Below, one piece after another: positions 1-10,660 of a stretch of 64,000 bases of DNA. Source of the stretch: an uncultured Gemmatimonadales bacterium. Lineage in GTDB: Bacteria > Gemmatimonadota > Gemmatimonadetes > Longimicrobiales > RSA9. Under the pieces are notes generated by a model. That model saw only the letters and a list, made by a program, of their open reading frames with translations, was not told the DNA's origin and did not search any database. The first letter of the stretch is position 1. Each line of letters begins with the position of its first letter. The stretch is from positions 3,168,001-3,232,000 of the forward strand of contig OY970192.1 in NCBI GenBank assembly GCA_963708135.1. Direction: 5' to 3'. Made by a program: the position numbers and the translations under genes.

Positions 1-1
1 G

Positions 2-1135
2 AACCCCGAGACGGCGGAGCTGCTCGCGGCCACGGGGCTCGCGGGCGAGCCGCTGCCGATGGTGATCTTCCCGGACGGCACGCACCTGTCGGGGACGGGG
101 CTGCAGGACGTGGCGGAGCGGATCGGGCTGCGCACGCACGCGGAGCGGCCGTTCTACTCGCTCGTCATCGTGGGCGGCGGCCCGGCGGGCCTGGCCGCGG
201 CCGTGTACGCGGCCAGCGAGGGCGTGCGCACGCTGCTCGTCGAGGAGCAGGCGCCCGGGGGGCAGGCGGGCCAGAGCTCGCGCATCGAGAACTACCTCGG
301 CTTTCCGGCGGGCGTGAGCGGCGGCGAGCTGGCGCGCCGCGCTGTCGCGCAGGCGCGCAAGTTCGGCGTCGAGATCCTGACGCCGCAGTCGGTGGTCCGG
401 CTGCGGGTCGAGGGCCCGCTGCGGACGGTCGTCATGGAGGATGGCACGGAGGTCGGCTGCCACGCGCTGCTCATCGCGACGGGCGTCTCCTACCGCACGC
501 TCGACGTGCCGGGCCTGGCCGGGCTGGTCGGCGCCGGCATCTACTACGGCGCGGCGACGACGGAGGCGCGGGCATGCGCCGGCGGGAACGCCTACGTCGT
601 CGGCGGCGGCAACTCCGCGGGCCAGGCGGCGATGTATCTCTCGAGCTTCGCCTCCCGGGTGATCCTGCTCGTCCGCGGCCACGACCTGGCCGGCACCATG
701 TCGCTCTACCTGCGCGAGCAGCTCCGCGCCACGCCGAACATCGCCGTCCGGACACAGATCGAGGTGGCCGCGGCCGAGGGCGCCGGCCACCTCGAGCGGC
801 TCGTGCTCCGCGACCGGCGCGACGAGTGCACGGAGAGCGTCCCCGCCGCCGGGCTCTTCATCTTCATCGGCGCGCAGCCGCGGACCGACTGGCTGGAGGG
901 CGTCGTGGCGCGCGACCCGCGCGGCTTCCTGCCGACCGGCCGCGACCTGAGCCCCGACGGCGGACACCCGAAGGGTTGGCCGCTCGAGCGCGACCCGCTG
1001 CTGCTCGAGACCAGCGTGCCCGGCATCTTCGCCGCCGGCGACGTGCGCAGGGGCTCCATGAAGCGCGTCGCCTCGGGCGTCGGCGAGGGCGCCATGGCGG
1101 TGTCGTTCGTCCACCAGTACTTGGCGGAGCTGTGA
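2..1135 (+). CDS. Thioredoxin-reductase-like FAD-dependent oxidoreductase (5' partial)
   Basis: Motifs GGGPAG, GGQAGQSSRIENYLGFP, GGGNSAGQAA and ETSVPGIFAAGDVR. The frame is open to the window start. Confidence 0.9.
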   Translation, partial: NPETAELLAATGLAGEPLPMVIFPDGTHLSGTGLQDVAERIGLRTHAERPFYSLVIVGGGPAGLAAAVYAASEGVRTLLVEEQAPGGQAGQSSRIENYLGFPAGVSGGELARRAVAQARKFGVEILTPQSVVRLRVEGPLRTVVMEDGTEVGCHALLIATGVSYRTLDVPGLAGLVGAGIYYGAATTEARACAGGNAYVVGGGNSAGQAAMYLSSFASRVILLVRGHDLAGTMSLYLREQLRATPNIAVRTQIEVAAAEGAGHLERLVLRDRRDECTESVPAAGLFIFIGAQPRTDWLEGVVARDPRGFLPTGRDLSPDGGHPKGWPLERDPLLLETSVPGIFAAGDVRRGSMKRVASGVGEGAMAVSFVHQYLAEL

Positions 1136-2547
1136 GCGGCGGCACGCCTGGCGCCGAGGAGCTGCGTCACGTCGGCGTGTTCGCCGACCTCGCCGAGGCC
1201 GACCTCGACTGGCTGGCCGCCACGGGCCGCTTCGTCTCCCTCGCGGCCGGGGACGCCGTCATCAGGGAGGGCGATGCCGCGGATGTCATGATCGCGGTGA
1301 TGGAGGGAGAGCTGCGCGCCACGCGCGAGACACCGCCGTCCGACGGCCGCGTCTTCGTGGTCAAGGCGGGGGGTGTGGGGGGCATGCTGCCCTTCTCGCG
1401 GCTGCGGACCTTCCCCGTCACGAGCCGCGCGGTACTGCCCACGCGGGCGCTCCTCTTCCCGGCCGCGGCGTTCCCGGAGATGCTGCACCGCATCCCCGTG
1501 CTGGAGGCCCGACTCGTCACGACCATGGCGGACCGCGTGCGCGAGAACGCCCGCGAGGAGCACCACCGCGAGACGCTCATGGCGCTGGGCAAGCTCTCCG
1601 CCGGCCTCGCCCACGAGCTGAACAACCCCGCCGCGGCCGCGCGCCGCGCCGCCGCCGATCTCGGCCGCGAGCTCGCCCGGGTGCCGGCGCTGGCCACGGT
1701 GCTCTCCGCAGCCCGCCTCGGGCCGGAGCCGTGCGCCGCGCTCGACCGTCTCGTCTCCCACGCGGTCGAACCGGGCCGGGCCGCGCCGGCGGGAACCCTG
1801 GAGCACGCCGACCTCGAGGACGAGCTGGTGGAGTGGCTGGATGCCCGCGGCGTGGACGAGGCGGAGAGGCTGGGCGCGACCTTCGTCGAGCGCGGGCTCG
1901 CCGTCGCGGATCTGGACGAGGTCGCGGCCGCGGTCCCGGCGCACGCGCTGCCCGCCGCGCTCGCGTGGGCGGAGGCGCTCATCGCCGCCAGCGCGCTGGC
2001 GCGCGACATCGAGCAGGCGACGGGCCGGATCTCCGACCTCGTCGCCGCGGTCAAGTCCTACTCGCGCATGGACCAGGCGCCGAGCAAGGCGGCCACGGAC
2101 GTGCGCGAGTCGCTCGAGACGACGCTCACCGTCCTCGCCCACAAGCTGCGCCAGAAGGGGATCACGCTGTCGCGCAGCTTCGCGCCCGACCTGCCGCGGG
2201 TGAACGCCTACGCCGGCGAGCTGAACCAGGTCTGGACCAACCTGCTCGACAACGCCATCGACGCGGTGCGGCCCGGCGGCCGGATCCACGTCCGCACCGC
2301 GCGCGAGCACGAGGACGTGCTCGTCGAGTTCGTGGACGACGGCCCCGGGATCGAGCCCCAGAACCTGGGCCGCATCTTCGAGCCGTTCTTCACCACCAAA
2401 CCCGTCGGCGAGGGGACCGGCCTCGGCCTCGACATCGCCCACCGCATCGTCGCCCGCCGCCACGCCGGCGAGATCCGCGTGAACTCCCGCCCCGGCGAGA
2501 CCCGCTTCCAGGTCCGGCTGCCGCTGGACGCAGGCGGAAAGGCCTAG
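1132..2547 (+). CDS. cNMP-binding-domain sensor histidine kinase
   Basis: GTG start overlaps the upstream TGA. H-box LAHELNNP, N-box NLLDNAIDA, DDGPG, FFTTK and GTGLGL; N-terminal cNMP-like domain. Confidence 0.9.
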   Translation: MSGGTPGAEELRHVGVFADLAEADLDWLAATGRFVSLAAGDAVIREGDAADVMIAVMEGELRATRETPPSDGRVFVVKAGGVGGMLPFSRLRTFPVTSRAVLPTRALLFPAAAFPEMLHRIPVLEARLVTTMADRVRENAREEHHRETLMALGKLSAGLAHELNNPAAAARRAAADLGRELARVPALATVLSAARLGPEPCAALDRLVSHAVEPGRAAPAGTLEHADLEDELVEWLDARGVDEAERLGATFVERGLAVADLDEVAAAVPAHALPAALAWAEALIAASALARDIEQATGRISDLVAAVKSYSRMDQAPSKAATDVRESLETTLTVLAHKLRQKGITLSRSFAPDLPRVNAYAGELNQVWTNLLDNAIDAVRPGGRIHVRTAREHEDVLVEFVDDGPGIEPQNLGRIFEPFFTTKPVGEGTGLGLDIAHRIVARRHAGEIRVNSRPGETRFQVRLPLDAGGKA

Positions 2548-2598
2548 CGCCCCCGTCGCCCCTTCCGGCGCGCGCGCCCGGCCCGGCCCTCCCGGTCC

Positions 2599-5025
2599 TC
2601 AGCTCGCCCGCAGCGCCTGTGCGGGATCGGCCGCGAGCGCGCGCCGCGCCGGGACCGCGCAGGCGAGCGCCGCCGTCGCCAGAAGGAGGACGCACACCAG
2701 CGCGTACGTCAGCGGGTCGCCCGGCTGCACGCCGAAGAGGAGCCCGCGGATGAACCGCCCCAGCGCCAGCGCCAGGGCGGCGCCGACCACTACCCCCACC
2801 GCCACCGCGCCAATGCCGTCGCGGGTGACGAGCAGGAGGATCCGACGCCGGTCGGCGCCCAGCGCCAGCCGGATGGCGATCTCGGGGATCCGCTGGCTCA
2901 CCGTGTAGCCGACGACGCCGGCGAGGCCGGCGCCGGCCAGGATCAGCGCCAGCGCGGAGAAGCCGAGCACGAGCGCCGAGCGCAGCCGCGGCTCGAGCAG
3001 CTGCGCCGCCCGCACCTCGTCGAGCGTGCGCACGGCCGAGACGGGCTCGTGGTCATCGACGTCGCGCACCGCCGCGCGCAGCTGCGCGACGATCGGCGCC
3101 GTCGGCCCCGTGGCCCGGATCAGCACCCGGATGTCGGCGGGGGGCAGCGCCGAGGCGGGGACGTAGACCTCGTCCGTGATGTCCTCGGCCAGCCCCTCCT
3201 GGCGCACATCGCCCACCACGCCGATCACCTGGTTCCACGTCCTGCCGTCGTCGAAGGTGACCGCGCTGCCGACGGGGTCGCGGCCGCGCCAGTGCCTTGC
3301 CGCCAGCCGCCGGCTCACGATCACGGGCGGGCTCACGGTATCGCGGTCCGCCGCCGTGAAGAGCCGGCCGCGCAGCAGCGGCATGCCCAGCGCCGCGAAG
3401 TAGCCGGGGCTCACCGAAGTGTAGGCCGTCCTCGGCATCGCCGCGCCGGAGCCGGTCGGCTCCCCCCGGATCCGGAACGGAACCGTCCCGCCCACCGCGC
3501 CGTTCAGCGGGAAGGTGCTGCTGATCGCGATGGCGCGCGCGCCGCGGATCGTCGCCATGCGCGCGAGCAGGCGGTCCCCGAGCTGCCGCAGGAGCGCGTT
3601 CGTCGGATATTTCGTGAAGTTGTGCGGCAGCCGCGCCGTGACGACGCGGCCCGCGTCGAAGCCGCCGTCCACCGACTCCAGCGCCAGCAGGCTACGGCCC
3701 ACGAGGCCCGCCCCGATCAGCAGAATGAAGGCGACGCCGACCTGCGCGACCACGAACGCGCTCCGCAGCCGGCCCTCGCCCCGCGAGCCCATCGCCGCCG
3801 AGTTGCCCTGCCGCAACCGATCCACAACGTGGCCGCCGCGGGCCCCCCGCAGGAACGGCACCGCCGCCACCACGAGCCCGACCACCACGCACGTGGCAAC
3901 CGTCCAGGCGAGGACCGCCGGGTGCACGCCGATTTCTGAAGCCCGCGGCGTGAGCCCCGTCGCCAGCGCGCGCAGCAGGCCCACGCTCGCACCGGCCAGA
4001 GCCAGGCCCACGACGCCGCCCGCCGTCGTGAGCAGCAGGCTCTCGATGGCCAGCTGGCCGTAGAGGCGCCACACCCCAGACCCGAGCGCCTCCCGGATCG
4101 CCAGCTCGCGCGCCCGCCGCGTCTGCCGCGCCAGCGTCAGGCTCGCGAAGTTGGCCGCCGCCGCGAGCAGCAGGAACAGCGCGGCCGCGAAGAGCAGCAG
4201 CAGCACCGGCCGCGCGCCCGCCGTCATCTCCTCGCGGACCGGCCGCACGCTCGAGCGCAGCCGCTCCGCCGCCGGGTACGCCTCCGGATGGTCCACCCGC
4301 ATGCGGGCGTCGATCGCGGCCAGGTCGGAGCGCGCCGCGGCCAGCGAGACACCCGGCCTCAGGCGCGCGAACACCGTCGGCAGCCGTGCCGTCCGCGACG
4401 CCATGGCCGCCGGCGCCGAGCGGAACGGACACGCCCCCGCCGGCATCCAGATGTCGTTCGCGTCCGGATAGGTGGGAAGCGGCGGCAGGATCCCCACCAC
4501 CGTGTGCACCCGGTCGTTCATGATGAACGTCGAGCCCACCGCCTGCGGGTCGGCGCCCATCGCGTCCACCCAGTAGCGGTACGACAGCAGCACCACCGGC
4601 GGCGCGCCCACCGCCTCTTCCCCCGGCCTGAAGAGGCGGCCCTGGAGCGGGCGGACCCCCAACACCTCGAAGAAGTCGTCCGAGACCACGCCCGTCTGCA
4701 CCCGCTGCGGGTCCCCGCGGCCGTACAGCTGGAACGCCATCGAGTGGTACTCGACCACAGCGTCGAACGCCCGCGTCTCCCGCCGCAGGTCCGCGATCTC
4801 CGGAATCGAGAAGCGCGCATCGTCGGCCTCCGCCGAAGGATGCTCGACGTGCACCAGCCGCGCCCCCGCGCCATAGGGAAGGCGGCCGAGCAGCACGCCG
4901 TTCACCATGCCGAAGATCGCCGCGCTCGCCCCGATCCCGAGCCCCAGTGTCGCGACGGCCAGGAGCGAGAACCCCGGCGCCCGACGGAGGCTCCGGAGCC
5001 CGTGCGCGAGTCCCTGTCCGATCAT
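2599..5025 (-). CDS. ABC transporter permease (duplicated MacB/FtsX type)
   Basis: LRRAPGFS..TLGLGIGA start, two periplasmic plus TM halves, IAIRLALGA, ADPAQALR end. GGAGG-like RBS before the ATG at 5025. Confidence 0.9.
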   Translation of the reverse strand: MIGQGLAHGLRSLRRAPGFSLLAVATLGLGIGASAAIFGMVNGVLLGRLPYGAGARLVHVEHPSAEADDARFSIPEIADLRRETRAFDAVVEYHSMAFQLYGRGDPQRVQTGVVSDDFFEVLGVRPLQGRLFRPGEEAVGAPPVVLLSYRYWVDAMGADPQAVGSTFIMNDRVHTVVGILPPLPTYPDANDIWMPAGACPFRSAPAAMASRTARLPTVFARLRPGVSLAAARSDLAAIDARMRVDHPEAYPAAERLRSSVRPVREEMTAGARPVLLLLFAAALFLLLAAAANFASLTLARQTRRARELAIREALGSGVWRLYGQLAIESLLLTTAGGVVGLALAGASVGLLRALATGLTPRASEIGVHPAVLAWTVATCVVVGLVVAAVPFLRGARGGHVVDRLRQGNSAAMGSRGEGRLRSAFVVAQVGVAFILLIGAGLVGRSLLALESVDGGFDAGRVVTARLPHNFTKYPTNALLRQLGDRLLARMATIRGARAIAISSTFPLNGAVGGTVPFRIRGEPTGSGAAMPRTAYTSVSPGYFAALGMPLLRGRLFTAADRDTVSPPVIVSRRLAARHWRGRDPVGSAVTFDDGRTWNQVIGVVGDVRQEGLAEDITDEVYVPASALPPADIRVLIRATGPTAPIVAQLRAAVRDVDDHEPVSAVRTLDEVRAAQLLEPRLRSALVLGFSALALILAGAGLAGVVGYTVSQRIPEIAIRLALGADRRRILLLVTRDGIGAVAVGVVVGAALALALGRFIRGLLFGVQPGDPLTYALVCVLLLATAALACAVPARRALAADPAQALRAS

Positions 5026-5266
5026 TCTTGCCCTCCCGCCCACAAAGGCGCGCCCCCCGCCGGCCCCCTGCCCGCGCGGCGACGTCATCGACTCCCCACC
5101 AAGCTGCCGGCGGAGGCGGCCGCGTCAAAGGACGGCGACCCGACCGTATCGGACATCCGGGACGGGATGCGGGGCGCGGGATTCTCCGCGCGTCGTCGCG
5201 GGATTGCCCCGCGTCCCCGCGTCGGGCGGTGCGCGGCGGCGGGGGGCCCGCGGCGGCGCCCCGCGC

Positions 5267-6238
5267 CTACGCCGATCCGAACCTGCTGCGGTAGCTCCGG
5301 GGGGAGATGCCGAAGCGCCGCTCGAAGGCGCGGCGGAAGCCATCGTCGGAGGCGAAGCCGACGGAGCGGGCCACGCGGTCGATGCCGGCGCCGGAAGAGC
5401 ACAGGCGGCGGCCGGCCTCATCGAGGCGCATGCGCTCGACGAAGGCGGCGGGCGTGGTGCCGTAGGCCTGGCGGAAGGTGCGCGAGAAGTGGCGCGGGCT
5501 GAGGAACACGCGGGCGGCGAGCGCGGCGACGGACAGGTCGCCGTCGAGGTGCCCGCGGATCCAGGCCACGAGATCGGCGAAGCGGTCGGCGGAGTCCGCC
5601 TGGAAGCGGAGCGGCTCCGAGAACTGGTTCTGTCCGCCGGGCCGCTTGAGGAACATGACCAGCTCGCGGGCGGCGGCCAACGCGGCGCGCGGGCCGAAAT
5701 CCTCCTCGATCAGGGCGAGCGCCAGGTCGATCCCCGCGGTCACTCCCGCCGACGTGTAGAAGGGGCCGTCCTTCAGGTACAGCGCATCGGCGTCCACCCG
5801 CAGCCGCGGGAAGCGACGCTCGAGGTCGGCGGCGTAGCGCCAGTGGGTGGTGACGCGGCGCCCATCGAGGAGTCCCGTGGCGGCCAGCCCGTAGATGCCC
5901 GTGCAGACGGACGCGATGCGACGGATCCCGGGCGCCCGCGCGCGGATCCAGGCCGCGGCCCTCTCCTGCGCGTCCGTGCCGCGCAGGCCCCGCCCGCCCG
6001 GAACGATCAGCGTGTCGAGGTGCACGCCCGGGGCGGGGAGGGTCAGGTGCGCCTGCAGCACGATGCCGGACTCCGCCGTGAAGCTCGGCCCGTCGAGCCC
6101 GAGGACGACGACCTCGTACGGCGACCCGGCGGCGCCCTCCTCGCCGCGCGCGACGCTGAACGCGTCGGACGGCCCGATCACGTCGAGCGCCTGGACGGCG
6201 TCGTAGCCGAGGATGCCGATGCGGCGGGGCTCGGTCAT
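5267..6238 (-). CDS. GlxA-family AraC regulator (DJ-1/PfpI domain)
   Basis: SVCTG, TTHW, TSAGVTAGIDLAL, RPGGQNQFS and a C-terminal AraC HTH. Confidence 0.92.
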   Translation of the reverse strand: MTEPRRIGILGYDAVQALDVIGPSDAFSVARGEEGAAGSPYEVVVLGLDGPSFTAESGIVLQAHLTLPAPGVHLDTLIVPGGRGLRGTDAQERAAAWIRARAPGIRRIASVCTGIYGLAATGLLDGRRVTTHWRYAADLERRFPRLRVDADALYLKDGPFYTSAGVTAGIDLALALIEEDFGPRAALAAARELVMFLKRPGGQNQFSEPLRFQADSADRFADLVAWIRGHLDGDLSVAALAARVFLSPRHFSRTFRQAYGTTPAAFVERMRLDEAGRRLCSSGAGIDRVARSVGFASDDGFRRAFERRFGISPRSYRSRFGSA

Positions 6239-6368
6239 GCGTGGAAGGTAGCGCCGGCGGGATCCGGCCTCAAACCCCGTCCCGCCCCGGTCCAGCGTGC
6301 GCGCGGCGTACGCCTCGGCGGTGCCGGCCGCGTCAGCCTGGCGCGCGCGCAAAGGACCGGCCCGAGCG

Positions 6369-7142
6369 CTAGCCAGGCGCCGCGGCGCTCGCGCCCTGCC
6401 GCTTCACGGGGCCCGGCTCGGCCGGCCCCACCGCCGGCTGTGCCGAGAGCAGCGCGGTCCAGGTCTGGCGACCGACACGGCCATCCACATCCAGCCCGTG
6501 GCCCCTCTGGTATGCCCGCACCGCCGCCTCGGTGCGCGGGCCGAAGGTGCCGAAGCCGGGGTCGCCCGGCGCAACGATGCCGAGCAGCCCCTGGAGCTTC
6601 TCGACCGCCGGCCCGCGGTCGCCGCGGCACACGACCGGCCAGCGCCGCGGCGGCTCGGCCCGGGGCAGCGCCTGCTTCACCGTGTCCCAGTCGATCCCGG
6701 TGGCCAGGTCCTCCGGCGTGCACACGATCTCGTAGTGCATCGGATCCTTGAGCCTGCGGTAGTTCCCGCCCCAGCCCCAGACCTGGACACCGTTGCCGGA
6801 GCGGATGCGCTGCGCGCTGCGCACCATCGCCCGCGGCATGTCCGTGACCAGCACGTTGTCCGCGCGGTACGGGTTGGTGTTCCAGTTGATGTCGATCGCG
6901 ATGCCGAAGGCGTGCAGGCTGTGCCCCGTGCCGCCGGTGATCTGCCGGCAGTTGTAGGCGCCGGTGTCACCCGCGCGCACGGCGTAGCCGTGGGCCTCGA
7001 GGACGCGGCCGAGCGCCCGAACCGCCGTGGCCGCGCTCGCGTGGCATTCCACGCTTACGCCCTGCACCAGCTCCACGGCGACCATCGTCGAGGGGTCGCA
7101 GGGCGGCGCCCAGGCCGTGCGCAGCTCCGCGGTGGTCAGCAT
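6369..7142 (-). CDS. M15-family peptidoglycan peptidase with PG-binding domain
   Basis: YNCR, SLHAFGIAIDIN, WGG, DPMHYE; C-terminal FGPRTEAAVRAYQ..GLDVDGRVG. RBS GGAGGTG. Confidence 0.85.
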   Translation of the reverse strand: MLTTAELRTAWAPPCDPSTMVAVELVQGVSVECHASAATAVRALGRVLEAHGYAVRAGDTGAYNCRQITGGTGHSLHAFGIAIDINWNTNPYRADNVLVTDMPRAMVRSAQRIRSGNGVQVWGWGGNYRRLKDPMHYEIVCTPEDLATGIDWDTVKQALPRAEPPRRWPVVCRGDRGPAVEKLQGLLGIVAPGDPGFGTFGPRTEAAVRAYQRGHGLDVDGRVGRQTWTALLSAQPAVGPAEPGPVKRQGASAAAPG

Positions 7143-7667
7143 GATCACCTCCCGTGAGAATGGGGCACGCCCGCACACGCCGTGCGGTGTAGCCGCCCGA
7201 GGCCGCTCCGCATGAACACCTCCGGGTCAGAGGAGCGTGAACCCGCCATGGCAGCGCCGGCGTGAAGCCGATGCGAGCTCGGCGCGCGGCGTCGCGGGTG
7301 GATCCTGCGGACGGGGAGGCTGGTGCGTCGTGTGTCGCAACGGGCAGGGGCAGGTCGCGGCCGCAGGCTCGACGAAGATGTGCCGGGTCCGCCCGGGGTG
7401 GCAATGGAGACGTGGCACGACAACGGCTCCCGCCGGCTTGCTCGCGTTCCTGCTGGCCGACCCCATCGGCTGGCGCCTGACGGACGTGCCTGTGTCGCGG
7501 CTCATGCTCGTGGGCCTGGCGGCACGTTCGGCTGACACCAGACCCGCTCTGGTTGCGTAGGGATCGGGGCGGGAGAGAGAATGCAATGGGTTTTTCCCGG
7601 CCGCCATGCAACCACGGCGCGCTCCGTGGTACGATGAAGGCGGCGCGCCGTTCACCAGGACGCATCC

Positions 7668-8051
7668 ATGAACGCCATCGTCGAGCACACCGGCCACCGC
7701 CTGCGCCGCCACGTCCGCGAGGTGTGGGAATCGCGCGGCGGCGGCTTCTACGGCTTTGTCGCCATGCTCACGTTCCTCTACCTCGAGGGTGCGAACCTCG
7801 TGGGCGACATCGCGTCCCTGCCCGGTCTCCGGCCGAACCTCGGCGGCATCATCTCGTGGCTCGTGCAGAACTTCGTCCAGGCCATCCTGAACGTGGTCTG
7901 GGCCGCCATCTGGCCTGTCGAATGGATCAAGCTCTTCGGCGTCGGCGTCACGTCCGGCGCGCTCCTCGGCGCTTCCTACATCACTTACCGGCTCGTGCGC
8001 CCCACCGCGCTCCGGCTGCTCCGGGAACCCGAGGAGGCGCCCGGGAGCTAG
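7668..8051 (+). CDS. Hypothetical membrane protein
   Basis: 127 aa with GC3-biased codons, hydrophobic segments and an AGGA RBS. Confidence 0.7.
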   Translation: MNAIVEHTGHRLRRHVREVWESRGGGFYGFVAMLTFLYLEGANLVGDIASLPGLRPNLGGIISWLVQNFVQAILNVVWAAIWPVEWIKLFGVGVTSGALLGASYITYRLVRPTALRLLREPEEAPGS

Positions 8052-8139
8052 TGGAGGGGCTACTTCCGGGCCGCGTGCGCTCTCCTTCCTCGCCGCAGGA
8101 CCCGGGGACCGGCGCTGGAGTCCGACATTTGACGCGCCG

Positions 8140-9876
8140 TCAATGCGCGAGGATGCGGTCCAGCAGCGGGCGCATGCGCGGGTCGCCGCGGTAGGGGTCG
8201 AACACGGGATCGACGCCGAGGTCCAGCGCCGATTCGTCCTTCTGCGCCACCGCGCGCTCGAGGAACTCGAACACCTTGGCCGCTGCCCCGAGCCCGGCGT
8301 AAGCCGTGGCCACCAGGTAGGGGCTGGGCTCGGGCTGCGACTGGAGCGCCGCGAGCGCCCGCTCCGCGTCGGCCCGGCGTCCCGCCCGGGCGTAGCCGTA
8401 GGCCAGCACGGCGAGCGTGTACTGGTCCTGCGGATCCAGGGCGCGCGCCTGCTCGGCGGTCCGGATCGCCTCCTGGTGCCGGCCCGCGACCGAGAGCGTG
8501 GCCGCCAGGTTCGCGAGCGCCACCGAGCTGTTCGGCTGGAGCGCGATGGCGGCGCGGAACGCCTGCACGGCCTGCTCCGCCTGGCCGGCGTAGTTGTACA
8601 TTCCGCCGAGGTTGTTCAGCATTCCCGCCGAGACCGGGTCCAGCTCGGTGGCCCGCTTCGCCTCCGCCAGCGCCTCCGCGGTCCGGCCCATGTCCATGAG
8701 GACCCAGCCCCGCTGGCTGTGCGCCACCGCCAGCCCGGGATTCAGCTCGATGGCCCGCCGGTAGTGCGCCTCCGCCGCTCGCGGGTCCCAGTCCTGCTGC
8801 CAGGCAAGACGCCCCAGGGCGAACTGCGCGGAGGCCTGCGTGGAATCGAGCGCGAGCGCGCGCGTGGCCGCCTCACGGGCCTTCGCCACCAGCGCCTCGC
8901 GCGGACCGTAGCGCGCATACGCCTGCTGGCTGAACGCGTTCGCGAGCTCGGCCCAGGCCCGAGCGTACGTGGTGTCGCGCCGGATGGCCTGGCCCAGGAG
9001 GTCCACCGCGCGCGCGAGCGCCGCCCGGTTCCCCTGGTGGGCGAAGTAGTCACCCTTCAGCGCGAGATCGTGCGCCTGCGGGTCACTCGTCCCCTCCTTC
9101 ACCAGCCGCGCCGCCTGGCCGCCGGAGAGCTTCAGCGCGAGCGCGTTCACGATCGCGCGGCTGATCTCGTCCTGCACGGCGAAGACGTCCTTGAGCTCCC
9201 GGTCGTACGTCTCGCTCCACAGGTGGTAGCCCGTGCCGGCGCTGATCAGCTGCGCCGTGATGCGGACCCGGTCGCCCTCCTTGCGAACGCTCCCCTCGAG
9301 CACGTTGCCGACCCGCAGCGCGCGGCCGATCGAGTCGATCGAGACGCTCATCCCCCGGAACGCGAACGCCGACGTGCGCGACGCCACGCGCAGCCCCGGC
9401 AGCCTGGTGAGCGCGTCCAGCAGCTCGTCCGCGAGCCCGTCCGAGAAATACTCCTGGTCGTGCTTCGGACTCAGGTCCAGGAACGGCAGCACGGCGATCG
9501 AGCCCTGCTCCGCCGCGGCGGCCGGAGCCGCTGCCGTGGCCGTTGCGTCGCGCCCCGCCGCCGCGGCCGGCGCACCGCTGCGCCCGCGGCTCACGAACGC
9601 CACCGCCGCGCCCGCCACCACGAAGATCCCGGCCAGCATGAGCAGCTCCGGGCCGCTCACGCGCTGCGTCCCCCTCTCGCCGTGGTACCACGCCACGACG
9701 AGGACCGCGAAGAAGCCGACCCCGAGCAGCACCACCGCCGCCCGCAGCACCAGGACCGGCCAGGCGAACGGCTGCGCCAGCAGGTCCAGCACCTGGAGCA
9801 CCACCCACGCGCCCGCCAGGTAGGCCAGGGCCCACTGCGCCAGCTTGCGATCCTTGAGCACCTGCCAGGAGATCAT
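8140..9876 (-). CDS. Membrane-anchored TolB-like-domain/TPR protein
   Basis: N-terminal TM helices; SIAVLPF..YFSDGLADEL, LEGSVR, HLWSETYDR; then TPRs. Confidence 0.88.
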   Translation of the reverse strand: MISWQVLKDRKLAQWALAYLAGAWVVLQVLDLLAQPFAWPVLVLRAAVVLLGVGFFAVLVVAWYHGERGTQRVSGPELLMLAGIFVVAGAAVAFVSRGRSGAPAAAAGRDATATAAAPAAAAEQGSIAVLPFLDLSPKHDQEYFSDGLADELLDALTRLPGLRVASRTSAFAFRGMSVSIDSIGRALRVGNVLEGSVRKEGDRVRITAQLISAGTGYHLWSETYDRELKDVFAVQDEISRAIVNALALKLSGGQAARLVKEGTSDPQAHDLALKGDYFAHQGNRAALARAVDLLGQAIRRDTTYARAWAELANAFSQQAYARYGPREALVAKAREAATRALALDSTQASAQFALGRLAWQQDWDPRAAEAHYRRAIELNPGLAVAHSQRGWVLMDMGRTAEALAEAKRATELDPVSAGMLNNLGGMYNYAGQAEQAVQAFRAAIALQPNSSVALANLAATLSVAGRHQEAIRTAEQARALDPQDQYTLAVLAYGYARAGRRADAERALAALQSQPEPSPYLVATAYAGLGAAAKVFEFLERAVAQKDESALDLGVDPVFDPYRGDPRMRPLLDRILAH

Positions 9877-10054
9877 GGGCAGCCACGACGAGGCGAGGAT
9901 ATGGCGTGGGGGACGAGAGAATTGTAACGCATGCGGCAGGGCGGACGCCAGAGAGAGAGGCGAGCTCCGGCCGCGCCCGCGGAAGGGCGCCGAGCGCCGC
10001 CGGCGGCGCTTCGCCTGAAGTCCGCCGCCGGCTCCCGCAGCGCGAGACTCGAAC

Positions 10055-10660
10055 CTAGCGGTCCTCCACCACCAGCGCCATCCCCCGCCGGACGGTGATC
10101 GGCGCCGGCCGGTCGAGGCGACGGATCGCGCGGTAGACGGCGTCGCGGAGCGACGTCTCGCGCGGGTCGTCCACCAGCCAGAAGTCGAGCTTGTTCATCA
10201 CGTAGGCGTAGCCGAGGCGAGCGTCGGGGTCGGCGAAGCCGAACGAGCCGCCGGCGCCCGGCGCCCCCAGCGCACGCGGGCTGGAGCCGAATGGGGCGTC
10301 CGGCCCGGGCCGCAGGAAGCCGAGCGAGAAGTAGCTCGGGATGCCGAGCACCTCGTCCCGGAGACGTTTCACGTCCGGCGGCGCGGTCAGCCGGGCGAAC
10401 GTCTCCGGCGTGATCCCGATCTCGCCGCCGCCCGCGGCCAGCGCCGCGTACGCCCGCGCAATGGCGCGCGCCGTGCCCACGCCGTTGCCCGCCGGCAGCT
10501 CCACCTCGAGCCAGCGCCGGTCGCCGAAGTCGAGCCCCGCCGGGATCGACAACGACCTGCGCAGCAGCGACCATGGCCAGAGCACCCGCCGGAGCAGCTC
10601 CGGCGTGGAGTGCCCGAGCGCCAGCAGCGCGCGCCCCGGGGAGAGCGGCTCGAGCACCCC
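10055..10660 (-). pseudogene. C-terminal fragment of an EstA-like serine hydrolase (beta-lactamase fold)
   Basis: ELPAGNGVGTARAIARAY and GAPGAGGSFGFADPD..YAYVMN are present; no SxxK-containing N-terminal half is seen. Confidence 0.7.

Noticed and set aside
7143..7667. Riboswitch upstream of the peptidase
   Set aside because: No recognisable c-di-AMP or c-di-GMP consensus by eye.
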